Shown here one piece after another: positions 1 through 7,796 of a stretch of DNA of 47,204 nucleotides (position 1 is the stretch's first letter; each line of letters begins with the position of its first letter). Under the pieces are notes generated by a model that saw only the letters and a program-made list of their open reading frames with translations, had not been told where the DNA came from and searched no databases. Origin of the DNA: an uncultured bacterium (GTDB taxonomy: Bacteria > Verrucomicrobiota > Kiritimatiellia > RFP12 > UBA1067). Position numbers and translations under genes: made by a program. The stretch lies in assembly GCA_902772905.1 (NCBI GenBank), contig CACYCL010000117.1:1-47204 (forward strand). Direction: 5' to 3'.

Positions 1-161
1 TCCTCCTTTCCCCCGCACCCCTTTTTCTCCTTGCTATCTTCTCCCTGCGCTGACGCGCAAAAAAGAAATTCAAAAATTATGGTTGCTTGCCTTAAACATC
101 ATAATTGAAGACGGCGGCAACGGGGTTTCTCTGCGCCGGAGGACTCTCTTTCGCCAACCAT

Positions 162-257
162 TTCCGTGACCGCCAAGCGGCGGCTTCCGTGTATTCCGTG
201 GTCCGAAACCCCCGTGCTGAATTTTTTACCACTGAAGGCACGGAAGCGCACTCCGTG
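162..257. promoter_or_regulatory. cluster of TCCGTG/CACGGA hexamers in non-coding DNA (candidate transcription-factor sites)
   Basis: TTCCGTG at 162-168, 185-191 and 194-200; CCCGTG at 211-216; inverted copy CACGGAA at 239-245; CTCCGTG at 251-257. 239-257 forms a CACGGA-N7-TCCGTG inverted repeat. Confidence 0.4.
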
Positions 258-335
258 CGGCACTGAAGTGGCTGCGAAAAGTCTGGCTTCGCACTACTCA
301 GCCTGTTTACGCTCCTTCTTAAACATTATGAAGTA

Positions 336-427
336 GGGTCACGCTACCTTTGCGCCGAGGGTCACGCTACCCTAGCCCCAAGGGTCACGCTACCTTTGCC
401 CTGAGGGTCACGCTACCCTTGACAGGC
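336..427 (+). repeat. four tandem direct repeats with exact 23-bp period and an invariant 13-mer GGGTCACGCTACC (iteron-like or activator-site array)
   Basis: The 13-mer starts at 336, 359, 382 and 405 and is identical in all four copies. The 10-bp spacers vary (tttgcgccga, ctagccccaa, tttgccctga, cttgacaggc). Confidence 0.9.
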
Positions 428-451
428 AAGGCGTTCTTCAAGGGCGGCAAG

Positions 452-459
452 CCCCCCCC
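452..459 (+). repeat. homopolymeric C8 tract immediately 5' of the predicted -35 element
   Basis: Block 451-460 reads gcccccccct. The tract sits between the repeat array (336-427) and TTGAAA (460-465). Confidence 0.9.
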
Positions 460-488
460 TTGAAAACGGCGGTGAGATTTGGTATCAT
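460..488 (+). promoter_or_regulatory. predicted sigma70-type promoter of the 552..3674 gene (TTGAAA-17 nt-TATCAT with TGn extended -10)
   Basis: TTGAAA at 460-465, 17-nt spacer, TG at 480-481, TATCAT at 483-488. AAGGAG RBS and ATG at 552 lie downstream. Inverted repeat TTCAAGGG(437-444)-N12-CCCTTGAA(457-464) overlaps the -35. Confidence 0.5.
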
Positions 489-551
489 AAACGCCAATCC
501 CCAACGGGGTTACCGTAGAGGAGGGAAACAATTGAGCGAAGGAGACGTAAG

Positions 552-3500
552 ATGAACATGCGAAGAGCTATGGTAGTGTCAGTCGTTGCGGTTGTGTTTG
601 CTGCGGCATCGTTAAGAGCGGACGATTTCTGGAGTCTTGATTCAGATACCAACATCCTTACGTTCAATGTGGAAAGTGGAACAGAGACGTATTCAGCGCA
701 ACTTACCTCGTCCATAGCTGGCATTGTGAAAACAGGCGGCGGCACGGTCATCCTCACCGGCTCGTCCACATCATTCACAGGCGGCAAGCCGATTACGGTC
801 AGCGGCGGCGCGATTGAGATACAGAACGCCAACGCCCTCGGCAGCGGAAACACCGTGACAGTGGCAGACAAAGCCACGTTCCGCATGGTCTACAACACTG
901 CGAAAGGCGGGCAGAACAACGACATCGTGCTGCAAGGCGGTTCCACGCTTTATCTCGCGGGCGGTGGCACGCAGGACAACTTTCTTGGGAACGTAACGCT
1001 GGAGGGCGACGCAACCATCAACCTTCAGAGCCGGCGCGGTTTCGGCAAGACGCTAGACCTGGGCGGGCACACGCTGACGCGCATAGGCGCAGATGTAGAG
1101 TTTATGTTCACCGGCAACGGCACAGCTGATTCGACGGCTGTTGTGAAGGGACCTGGAAAGATTCGCAACGCCGTCAAGTCCACGGTTACGTTCATGGGCA
1201 CGTCTACTTTCGACGACAGCGTCACGTTCGAGAATGCGGTGGCCGGAAGCATATTCAACATGTGGAATCGTGCAACGCCAGTTCCCTGCAAGCTGCTGGC
1301 AACGGAAAACACCACAATCCAGATGGGGAGCGGAATCATAAGCAGTGTGGGCGCAACGCCTTTGGCGAACATCTGGAACGGCGACATTGAAATCGCATCA
1401 GGCAAGACTCTGACGTTTCAGGGGCGTATCGAGAGAACGGGCGACTATCTGACGGTTGGCGGCGTAATATCTGGCGCAGGCAAGGTTAGCATCCCGTCCA
1501 ACGCGAACGGAGCGATCTTCCAGTTCAAGGGCGTTAACACCTACACTGGCGGAACTACTGTTCAGGGTTCTACGCTTCGTGCATGCGTTGACGGAGCCGT
1601 GCCGACAAGCGGCGGAACGGGGGCGCTTGTCATGAGCGGCGACGGCGAATTGCAGTTTTCGCTTGACGCGGGCGGCTGCACGGATGCATATATTGACACG
1701 CTCCTAAACACGTTGGACAACAACGTGTCCAGAAGCGGTACGTTGACCGTATACACCTCCGCCGGCACGGACGCTTCGACCTTTGCCAAGTTCTCCAGGC
1801 AGCATCCGAGCATCAGTTTCTGCCACAAGGGTGACGGCAAGGCGAATATCGCCGGTGAGGTTGTGTCGGGCGCAATGCTGCTCAACAGGGCTGGAACGGT
1901 CGAGTTCTCTGGCAACTACAGCCGCAATCTGTGGTCTTTTCAGGTGTACAGCGGAACGATGGACGTGTCGGGCGGCCAGTTCTATCGTGCATTCTATGAC
2001 GGCAAGCGTACGTACAGGGTCGGTGGCAGCAACGACGTGTCCAATGCACGGATGCGTCTAAAGGGCGGTGGACTCTATTTCCCGAACTCTGGAAGCAGCT
2101 GCGAAAAGGTATATGTAGAAGACACTGGATCGAAGCCGTCGGTACTTGAAATCCACAACGGCAGTGCCGTGACAGGCATTGTCCATATAGCACACAGCGC
2201 GAATTCCAAAGGCGCAGTGTACCAATATGGCGGTGTGTTCAAGCATCTTTCTGCGTCTGGCAGGGACAGTTGGTTCTCGAAATTCGGCAAGGGGTTCTAT
2301 GGGCTTTACGGCGGCGATTTCGAGGTCGAGGGATGGCTGGGCCTGGCGGGGGACAAGACCGGCGTCGGCATGATGGAGGTCGAGGGCGGAACGTTCAAGG
2401 TTACTCACGGCTCCTGCCCTCTTGTCGTCGGGCGCAGCGCCGGACACGCCGAACTCTACATGGGCGGCGGCACGATGACATTGGCGAACAGCATTGTCAT
2501 GGGCGGGCTGGACTATGCGCCAGATCCAGAGGTTGAGGGCGGAATGGCCGTTCTGACGCTCGCAGGCACGAACAATCCCTCGCTTACGCTCGCAGGGCAG
2601 CTCCAGATGTGCGAGCGCACGAACAGCTACACAAGCGTAGTGAACCTGAACGCTGGCACGGTCACTGCATCGTCGATTCAGGTGCCAGCATGGCGTAATG
2701 ATGTGCGAAAGGGCTGCAGGTCGTATCTCAACTTTAACGGCGGCACATACAAGCCTACCGCCACGACAGCTCTTTCCTCAACGGACGTTGCGCCGACGCG
2801 CGTGACGGTATTCGAAAAGGGCGCGACCATCGACTACAGCGGCAGCAAAGCGGATTGGTACGTGCCGTTCCTGCGCCCGGAAGGACGCGGCATAAAGTCG
2901 ATCACAGTCCCGGCGGAGGCCGCAGTTACCGGATATGCCATTCCGCCGGTCGTCGCCATTTCCGGCGGCGGCGGAGAGGGCGCGACGGCGCACGTTGTCT
3001 TCGACCCCAAAACAGGCACGATCAGCCGAGACATAGAGGTGACTTCGCCTGGCTGGGGCTTTATTGCCGAGCCGACTGTCACGATCACGGCGCCTGACAT
3101 GAAGACGGCGGTTGCCTGCAGCGTGGAGCTTACGGAGGGCGAGCAGGAGGACGGCGGACTCACGAAGAAGGGCGCAGGTTTGATGTATGTCTATGCGGCC
3201 AACTCATACACAGGCGACACGGTTGTCGCGGGCGGCACGTTCTACATGCAGAATGCGTCGGCAGTTCCACCGAAGAGCAATGTTCGGCTGGCTGGCGGAC
3301 ACCTAGCCACGCGGACGTTCAACCCCATCCGTGCGCGTTTGAGCGGGTATGGTTCGTTTGCCAGCTGGAACGACAACTCTTTCGCCATTACCGAGGAGAT
3401 CGCCTTTCTTGCGTCTGATCTTGAGGCAGGGCGCAGCATAATGTGCGAGGGCGGCAAGTTTGTCATTCGCGAAGGCTGTGTGGTTTCGATCGATGGAATC

Positions 3501-3674
3501 GACTCGCTTACGCAAGACAGGTATACGCTCATGGACACGAGCGGCACGGGCGTAATAAGCGGGCAGCCGCGTCTAGCTGGCGACAGTGCGCAGCATTGGA
3601 GAGTCAAAGTGTCCAGCGACGGCAAGAAGCTGTACCTTTCCCGCATCAAGGGGGCGTTCTTGTTCGTGCGATAG
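552..3674 (+). CDS. large secreted autotransporter-associated beta-strand-repeat surface protein (no beta-barrel translocator domain recognisable)
   Basis: 1040-aa ORF with AAGGAG about 7 nt upstream of the ATG. Signal peptide MNMRRAMVVSVVAVVFAAASLRADD. Recurrent K-x-G-x-G-x-L-x-L-x-G-x-N-x-YTG-x-T-x-V-x-x-G type repeats (IVKTGGGTVILTGSSTSFTGG; FKGVNTYTGGTTVQGSTL; LTKKGAGLMYVYAANSYTGDTVVAGGTF). Ends GAFLFVR-stop. Confidence 0.85.
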   Translation: MNMRRAMVVSVVAVVFAAASLRADDFWSLDSDTNILTFNVESGTETYSAQLTSSIAGIVKTGGGTVILTGSSTSFTGGKPITVSGGAIEIQNANALGSGNTVTVADKATFRMVYNTAKGGQNNDIVLQGGSTLYLAGGGTQDNFLGNVTLEGDATINLQSRRGFGKTLDLGGHTLTRIGADVEFMFTGNGTADSTAVVKGPGKIRNAVKSTVTFMGTSTFDDSVTFENAVAGSIFNMWNRATPVPCKLLATENTTIQMGSGIISSVGATPLANIWNGDIEIASGKTLTFQGRIERTGDYLTVGGVISGAGKVSIPSNANGAIFQFKGVNTYTGGTTVQGSTLRACVDGAVPTSGGTGALVMSGDGELQFSLDAGGCTDAYIDTLLNTLDNNVSRSGTLTVYTSAGTDASTFAKFSRQHPSISFCHKGDGKANIAGEVVSGAMLLNRAGTVEFSGNYSRNLWSFQVYSGTMDVSGGQFYRAFYDGKRTYRVGGSNDVSNARMRLKGGGLYFPNSGSSCEKVYVEDTGSKPSVLEIHNGSAVTGIVHIAHSANSKGAVYQYGGVFKHLSASGRDSWFSKFGKGFYGLYGGDFEVEGWLGLAGDKTGVGMMEVEGGTFKVTHGSCPLVVGRSAGHAELYMGGGTMTLANSIVMGGLDYAPDPEVEGGMAVLTLAGTNNPSLTLAGQLQMCERTNSYTSVVNLNAGTVTASSIQVPAWRNDVRKGCRSYLNFNGGTYKPTATTALSSTDVAPTRVTVFEKGATIDYSGSKADWYVPFLRPEGRGIKSITVPAEAAVTGYAIPPVVAISGGGGEGATAHVVFDPKTGTISRDIEVTSPGWGFIAEPTVTITAPDMKTAVACSVELTEGEQEDGGLTKKGAGLMYVYAANSYTGDTVVAGGTFYMQNASAVPPKSNVRLAGGHLATRTFNPIRARLSGYGSFASWNDNSFAITEEIAFLASDLEAGRSIMCEGGKFVIREGCVVSIDGIDSLTQDRYTLMDTSGTGVISGQPRLAGDSAQHWRVKVSSDGKKLYLSRIKGAFLFVR

Positions 3675-3861
3675 TAGTTTTGCCGTTATAAAATGGCATA
3701 ATACGTAACACAATCAAAGAAAGGTAAAGTCCATGGCTGAAGATCGACCTTGCGCCCGGCGTGAAATACGTTCGCCCGGACGGCACGGTCGTGAACGCTT
3801 CGCTCTATTCTGGTGAATATTGGATGGATCCAGGGGCGATGGAAATCTTTTGCCTCAGTAA

Positions 3862-4920
3862 ATGAACGAAAAACAAACAAGAAGGGCATGGCAAATGGCT
3901 AACATGAACAGGAGGTCGTTTATTGCATTTGGCGCGGGTGCGTTCGCGTCGGCGGGGATTCTGCCGCTTTTCGCTGCGAAGGACAGGCAGCCATGGTATG
4001 AAGAGGAGGTCTTCGGCGACGCGCTTCTCGACATGCCGATGATGGAGGGCTTCAAGCCGACTTTCATCGAGCTGAAAGTTGGCGCGAAGAAGCCGTTCGA
4101 GATGCTGCACATCTCCGATTCCCACCTCGTGACGCTTGGCTCGGACGACGTGGCCAAGGCGGACAAGGCCGACCTCGACTACTTCCGCAAGCGGCTCAAG
4201 GAGTTCGGCCACCCGGAGAACGTGATACGATTCGCCGCCGCGCTATCGTATGCGAAGGCGAAGAAGCTCCCGATACTCCACACGGGCGACCTGCTCGACT
4301 TCGTTACAGACGGCGGCCTCGCCCAGGTCCGCCGTGACATGGCCGGGATGGACTGGTTCTACGCCATCGGCAACCACGAATACAGCGGCAGCGCAAAGCC
4401 CAGCCCGAAGCGCGAGTGGCTCAAGCCGGCGAGAGGCCGGATGGAGAAGACGTTCCCGAACGCGATAGCTTGCGCATCAAGGGTCGTGAACGGAGTCAAC
4501 TTCGTGGCGATCGACAACGTTGGCATGAGCGCCGACGTGTTCGACGCGCAGTTCGCGGCGATCAAGAGGGAGTTCGCGAAGGGGCTGCCAACGGTGCTGG
4601 CGTACCACATCCCGTTCTACACGCAGGATCTCGCCGAGTATTCGGTGAACGAGATTCAGACGACGCCAAACCACTGGGCGCGCAACTCGGTCAAGACCGT
4701 GGCAGACCTGCACAGCGGGTGGCTTGCGGCGTGTCCGGGCAAGGGCGACCGCCCGATCAACAAGGCGCTTGTCGAGTGGCTTCCGAAGCAGAAGAACCTG
4801 AAGGCGCTTCTGTGCGGGCACAAGCACTTCGAGTACCAGACGCAGTTCTGCGAGAACGTCACGCAGTACGTCTGCGGCGCCACCTTCAAAGGCAACGCAT
4901 ACCATTTCAGGTTTGTCTGA
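3862..4920 (+). CDS. Tat-signal calcineurin-like metallophosphoesterase
   Basis: Twin-arginine signal NRRSFIAFGAGAFASAG. Metallophosphoesterase motifs HISDSHL, HTGDLLDF, GNHEY, YHIPF, GHKHF. Start uncertain: ATGs at 3862, 3895 and 3904 are all in frame. Confidence 0.85.
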   Translation: MNEKQTRRAWQMANMNRRSFIAFGAGAFASAGILPLFAAKDRQPWYEEEVFGDALLDMPMMEGFKPTFIELKVGAKKPFEMLHISDSHLVTLGSDDVAKADKADLDYFRKRLKEFGHPENVIRFAAALSYAKAKKLPILHTGDLLDFVTDGGLAQVRRDMAGMDWFYAIGNHEYSGSAKPSPKREWLKPARGRMEKTFPNAIACASRVVNGVNFVAIDNVGMSADVFDAQFAAIKREFAKGLPTVLAYHIPFYTQDLAEYSVNEIQTTPNHWARNSVKTVADLHSGWLAACPGKGDRPINKALVEWLPKQKNLKALLCGHKHFEYQTQFCENVTQYVCGATFKGNAYHFRFV

Positions 4921-4942
4921 CACAGAACAGGGGAGCATCACC

Positions 4943-6841
4943 ATGGACGGAAAGAATTGGCTGTCGATGTGCGTGGCGGTCTGCGCGGCGTCCTCATTCG
5001 CCGCAGAGCCGCTGCCGAAGAACGCGGGGTTCGAGACGCCGGGCGCGAACGGCAAGGGCGCGGCGAACTGGAGCCTCTACAACAACGGCGAATGGAGCGT
5101 AATGCGCGGAGTCGGGCGCAACGGCACGAGCGCCGTGCAGTGCGCAGACGTCGGCAAGGGCGGCTGGACCACTCAGTGGGTCGAGCTGGAGCCTGGCAAG
5201 GCGTATCGCGTCGAGGGCTGGATACGCACCGAGGACGTTGACGGTTCGGGCGTGTGCTTTGACTTCTCGTGGCACGATGCCTACGGCACGCGCATCGGAA
5301 CAGCGGCGACCCAGCCTCGCGTGAAGGGCACTGCGCCATGGACGAAGGTCGAGCTTGAGGCGTTCGTGCCGCCGTCCGCCGCGAAGCGCTGCCTTCTCGG
5401 AATGCCCGTCACGGGCAACGCGAAGGGCAAGGCGTGGTTCGACGACCTGCGCATAGTCCCGGTCGATCTGCCGCCGATAGGCCAGTTCATATCGGGCGCG
5501 TACCGCAACCGCGCAGCAGAGGGGCCCGTAACGTTCCACGTGGCGCTGAATGCGCAGAAGGCCGAGATCGCCTCGCGGGGCTACCACGGGCGTTTTGCGG
5601 TGACCAAGGTGCTCGCCGGAAAGCCGAAGACGGCGTATTTGGCGGCCGTTCCGAGCGCCGACGACCCGAGGGAGCTTTCCGCCACGGTTGAGGCGCTGTC
5701 GCTGCCGCTCGGCAAGAGCATTGTGAAGTTCGAGCTTCTGGACGGCAAGGGCAAGAAGATCGCCGAGAAGTCGATTGAGTTCACGCGCACCGAGGCGCCC
5801 GAGACCAAGGGCGTGCGCATCGACGCGCGCGGCATAGCGCGCATCGACGGCAAGCCGTTCTTCCCGCTCGGCATGTTCATGTGGAAGGCTTCTCCGGAGA
5901 AGATAGACCACTACGCCAAGGGTCCGTTCAACTGCCTTATGCCGTATGCCGAGCCGACGAAGGCCGAGATGGACTACGTGCACTCCAAGGGCCTCAAGAT
6001 GATCTACACGCTTAAGGACTGCTACGACGGACTCGGCGGCGCGAAGGCTCGCGGCATCACCGACAGGGCGAGCGAAGAGGCGTACATCACGCGGCATGTC
6101 GCCGAGTTCAAGGACCATCCCGCGCTTCTCGCCTGGTACATCAACGACGAGCTGGGGCTGGACTGGATAAAGCAGCTCACCGCGCACCGCGACCTCTTCG
6201 AGCGGCTGGACCCGGACCACCCGACGTGGGTTGCGCACTACATGGTGGAGGACATCCGCAGCCACCTGCCAGGCTTCGACGTGATCGGCTCCGATCCCTA
6301 CCCGATCTGCCAGACCGGCGACCCGCCTATTTCGCAGGTGATGGAGCACACGCGCATCACGCGCAAGGGCGTGTTCGGGGCGCGCGCCATGTGGCAGATA
6401 CCGCAGGCGTTCGACTGGGGCGGCTACCGCGTGAAGGACAAGGACAAGACGCGCCCGCCTACGTACGACGAAATGCGCAACATGGCGTGGCAGTTCATCG
6501 CAGAGGGCTCGAACGGGCTGATATTCTACTCGTACAGCTCGTGGGAGAAGATGAAGTGGCGCACGCCGCCGGAGGAGATGTGGAAGCGCGTCTGCCGCGT
6601 CGGCGAAGAGGTAAAGGCGAAGATTCCAGTGTTCCTGTCCGACGAGCCCGCGCCGGCGGTTGCGCGCCTGACGGACGACGGCTGCGTGCGCGCATGGCGC
6701 AAGGACGGCGAGGTCTGGCTGCTCGCGGTCAATCCCACGTACAGGCCGAAGGTGGTGGAGTTCGCTCTCGAGGGCTTCGGACAGAGGCGCTCCGTGTCGC
6801 TGCCGTCGCTGGGCGTATGGTTCGGGAAGATTGAGAACTGA
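4943..6841 (+). CDS. secreted glycoside hydrolase-like protein: N-terminal CBM4/9-like beta-sandwich plus TIM-barrel (clan GH-A-like) domain
   Basis: GGGGAG RBS 7 nt before ATG 4943. Signal peptide MDGKNWLSMCVAVCAASSFAAEP. CBM-like NAGFETPG...W...AWFDDLRIVP. TIM-barrel-like IDGKPFFPLGMF and an HPALLAWYINDE acid/base-type motif. GH family not assignable by eye. Confidence 0.72.
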   Translation: MDGKNWLSMCVAVCAASSFAAEPLPKNAGFETPGANGKGAANWSLYNNGEWSVMRGVGRNGTSAVQCADVGKGGWTTQWVELEPGKAYRVEGWIRTEDVDGSGVCFDFSWHDAYGTRIGTAATQPRVKGTAPWTKVELEAFVPPSAAKRCLLGMPVTGNAKGKAWFDDLRIVPVDLPPIGQFISGAYRNRAAEGPVTFHVALNAQKAEIASRGYHGRFAVTKVLAGKPKTAYLAAVPSADDPRELSATVEALSLPLGKSIVKFELLDGKGKKIAEKSIEFTRTEAPETKGVRIDARGIARIDGKPFFPLGMFMWKASPEKIDHYAKGPFNCLMPYAEPTKAEMDYVHSKGLKMIYTLKDCYDGLGGAKARGITDRASEEAYITRHVAEFKDHPALLAWYINDELGLDWIKQLTAHRDLFERLDPDHPTWVAHYMVEDIRSHLPGFDVIGSDPYPICQTGDPPISQVMEHTRITRKGVFGARAMWQIPQAFDWGGYRVKDKDKTRPPTYDEMRNMAWQFIAEGSNGLIFYSYSSWEKMKWRTPPEEMWKRVCRVGEEVKAKIPVFLSDEPAPAVARLTDDGCVRAWRKDGEVWLLAVNPTYRPKVVEFALEGFGQRRSVSLPSLGVWFGKIEN

Positions 6842-6858
6842 AAAATGGAGAAAGGGAA

Positions 6859-7779
6859 ATGAGTGATTCGATTTCATCTACTTCGCGGCGCGATTTCCTG
6901 AAGGGCGCGCTTGCCGCCGGCGGAATAGTGGCCACGTCGCGCCTTCCGCTTCATGCGCGAGGCAACTTCGAGCAGCTTTCGCTCGCGTACGCGCACATCA
7001 CCGCAGGGGCGGAGAAGCCGTTCTCGGTGCTGCACATATCCGACACGCACCTGACGTTCGCGAACCCCGACGAGGATGAGAAGACGCAGGACTACCGCCG
7101 CCGCCGCACGGAGCTGTTCGGCTGCCGCCAGTACGAGGCGCTGAAGGATTCAATTCGCTGGGCGAAGCTGAACGCCGACTACCTTGTGCACACAGGCGAC
7201 TTGGTCGACTGGGTTTCGGAGGGCAACATGCTCGCCGTGCAGGAGGCTTTCGGCCCGGAGGCAGGCAACATCTTCGGCTCGATCGGCAACCACGAATACT
7301 TTTGGCCGCTCAAGGACCGCAAGCCCGGGCGCGCCGAGTGCTTTGCGAAGTGCTCGAAGGCGTATCCGTACAAGCTCGACTTCGGTTCGCAGGTAATCAA
7401 CGGCGTGAACTTCGTTTCTATTGACGATGCGCACAACGACGTGACGCAGGGTCAGGTGGAGGCGTTCGCCAGGGAGGTGAAGAAGGGGCTTCCGATAATA
7501 CTGCTCATGCACGTTCCGTTCCCGACGCCGCGCATCATGGAGGCGACGCGCAAGTACTGGGCATGGAACACGAAGTTCCGCAACGAGCCGCCGAAGCCAA
7601 TCACGTTCGGCAAGCGCGGGCAGGAGTTCGTCAAGTACCTGAAGGGCGAAAAGCTGCTGAAGGGCATATTGGCGGGTCATCAGCACATAACGGTCGAGGA
7701 GCGTTTCTCGCCGACAGCCGTGCAGTATCTGGTCGCAGGCAACTTCGCGTTTGCCGGGCGAGAGGTGCTTTTCACCTGA
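6859..7779 (+). CDS. Tat-signal calcineurin-like metallophosphoesterase (paralog of 3862..4920)
   Basis: SRRDFLKGALAAGGIVA Tat motif. HISDTHL, HTGDLVDW, GNHEY, MHVPF, GHQHI. GGAGAAAGGG RBS upstream. Confidence 0.88.
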   Translation: MSDSISSTSRRDFLKGALAAGGIVATSRLPLHARGNFEQLSLAYAHITAGAEKPFSVLHISDTHLTFANPDEDEKTQDYRRRRTELFGCRQYEALKDSIRWAKLNADYLVHTGDLVDWVSEGNMLAVQEAFGPEAGNIFGSIGNHEYFWPLKDRKPGRAECFAKCSKAYPYKLDFGSQVINGVNFVSIDDAHNDVTQGQVEAFAREVKKGLPIILLMHVPFPTPRIMEATRKYWAWNTKFRNEPPKPITFGKRGQEFVKYLKGEKLLKGILAGHQHITVEERFSPTAVQYLVAGNFAFAGREVLFT

Positions 7780-7796
7780 GCTGGCAAGGAGGTATC

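Noticed and set aside
419-424. Consensus TTGACA at the end of the fourth repeat as a promoter -35.
   Set aside because: No -10-like hexamer lies 16-18 nt downstream; that position reads GGGCGG.
336-427. Could the 23-bp repeat array be a miniature CRISPR array?
   Set aside because: A 13-bp repeat with 10-bp spacers is far below CRISPR dimensions. There are no cas genes, and the spacers are partly similar to each other.
437-464. Hairpin TTCAAGGG-N12-CCCTTGAA as a transcription terminator.
   Set aside because: No U-tract follows, and it overlaps the predicted -35. It is more plausibly an operator-type inverted repeat or incidental.
3600-3674. PEP-CTERM sorting domain at the ends of the secreted proteins (552..3674, 4943..6841, 7797..10847, 17045..18823, 45489..46574).
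   Set aside because: None has the PEP motif followed by a roughly 20-aa TM helix and an Arg cluster. The hydrophobic tails present are only 5-6 residues long.
3686-3889. 67-aa minus-strand ORF filling the gap between the adhesin and the phosphoesterase.
   Set aside because: No RBS and odd Phe/Arg-rich composition. It would overlap the phosphoesterase 5' end if that gene starts at 3862. The + strand frame shows the better coding-like third-position pattern. Left unannotated.
4994-6877. 627-aa minus-strand ORF. Similar long antisense ORFs occur at 8802..9833, 10903..11952, 18813..20006, 40142..41140, 42221..43159 and 46200..47159.
   Set aside because: Each is fully nested opposite a + strand gene with strong family motifs. 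Their translations are Arg/Ala/His/Leu-rich low-complexity sequences with no recognisable motif, signal or RBS. They are typical shadow ORFs of GC-rich DNA.
7563-7796. N-terminal extensions offered by the ORF track. Examples: 7563 for lacZ, 10684 for gpmI, 13414 for TPR, 16976 for esterase, 20123 for capD-like, 25397 for oxidoreductase, 29326 for epsI, 35641 for GT2/GT4, 43227 for adhesin.
   Set aside because: The extensions overlap the preceding gene out of frame, are Arg-rich, and precede a much better start. That start has an RBS, a signal peptide, or a 4-nt stop/start overlap.
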